Assembly: GCF_006345805.1 (NCBI RefSeq)
Contig: NC_043009.1
Location: forward strand, 64,418,001 to 64,482,000
From: Octopus sinensis
Lineage: Eukaryota
DNA length: 64,000 bases
Reading direction: 5' to 3'
The notes beneath the pieces were generated by a model, which saw only the letters and a program-made list of their open reading frames with translations, was not told where the DNA came from and searched no databases. Of the stretch, positions 63,474 to 64,000 are shown piece after piece (the stretch's first letter is position 1; each line of letters starts with the position of its first letter). The position numbers were made by a program, and so were the translations under genes.

Positions 63474-63688
63474 TGATCTATCGATCAGAGATTTGATCAT
63501 AGGCACAAAATAGATCTTTCTTTTAAAGCTCTGATCTATCGATCAGAGATTTGATCATAGGCACAAACTTTAAAAGAAAACAGATCTTTCTTTTAAATCT
63601 CTGATCTATCGATCAGAGATTTGATCATAGGCACAGACCTTTGTTTTAAATTTCTAATCTATTGATCAGAGATTTGATCATAGGCACA
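63474..63688. repeat. Four-copy GATC-rich minisatellite with a 34-bp conserved core and variable-length linkers
   Basis: Core tgatctatcgatcagagatttgatcataggcaca starts at 63474, 63532, 63602 and about 63655. Confidence 0.9.
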
Positions 63689-64000
63689 AACGTGGTTAAG
63701 AAGATTGCTTCCCAGTCTCAAGGCTCCAAGTTCAGTCCCACGACAGGACAACTTTGGCAAGAGTATTTTAATATAGTCTCGAGCTGATCAAAACCTTGAG
63801 TGTGTATTTGATAGTCTGAAACTGAAAGAAGCTCATCATATATAGATGTGTGTGTATGTGTGCATGGATTTGTTTTTGTTTGTATCCTCCACCGCCGCTT
63901 GACAACCGCAGTTGGTTTGTTTACGTCCCCGTAAACTAGCAGTTCGAAAAAAAAGCGTTCGATAGAATGAGTACCAGGCTTTGAAAATTAAGTACTGGGT

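Noticed and set aside
63474-63688. CRISPR array
   Set aside because: The context is eukaryotic, there are no cas genes, and the spacers are related to each other and of irregular length.
60589-64000. Additional SLC22 gene B exons
   Set aside because: No 215-bp YYG-type exon with splice sites was found; upstream exons probably lie beyond the window.

Overview
AT-rich, microsatellite-dense eukaryotic genomic DNA. The SINE, LINE and Penelope repeat families look octopod, probably Octopus; this is recognition, not a database result. The only host genes I can support are two tandem minus-strand SLC22 (MFS organic ion transporter) paralogs. Gene A has 8 coding exons from 25355 to 13431, all with GT-AG boundaries and compatible phases, giving 540 complete sense codons plus a split first codon; its start exon is unresolved. 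Gene B has only its last two exons in the window (60588-60480 and 58764-58557). The rest is transposon debris: several Penelope-like elements (PLE; Naiad-type YRDD and a GC-rich YIDD type), RTE, BovB-like and CR1-like LINE ends, Tc1/mariner/maT fragments, Helitron/Helentron-like elements, at least four tRNA-derived SINE families, and a 100-N gap. The most interesting signals are: (1) about a dozen type I hammerhead-ribozyme-like motifs from several unrelated repeat families, most with palindromic dimer-type stem III, many at PLE ends, including recurrent non-canonical cores (CUGUNGA, CCGACGA); (2) several long near-perfect fold-backs, two of which enclose a whole or half hammerhead; (3) unusual charged-residue changes in the SLC22 paralogs. 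No activity or expression can be shown from sequence alone.
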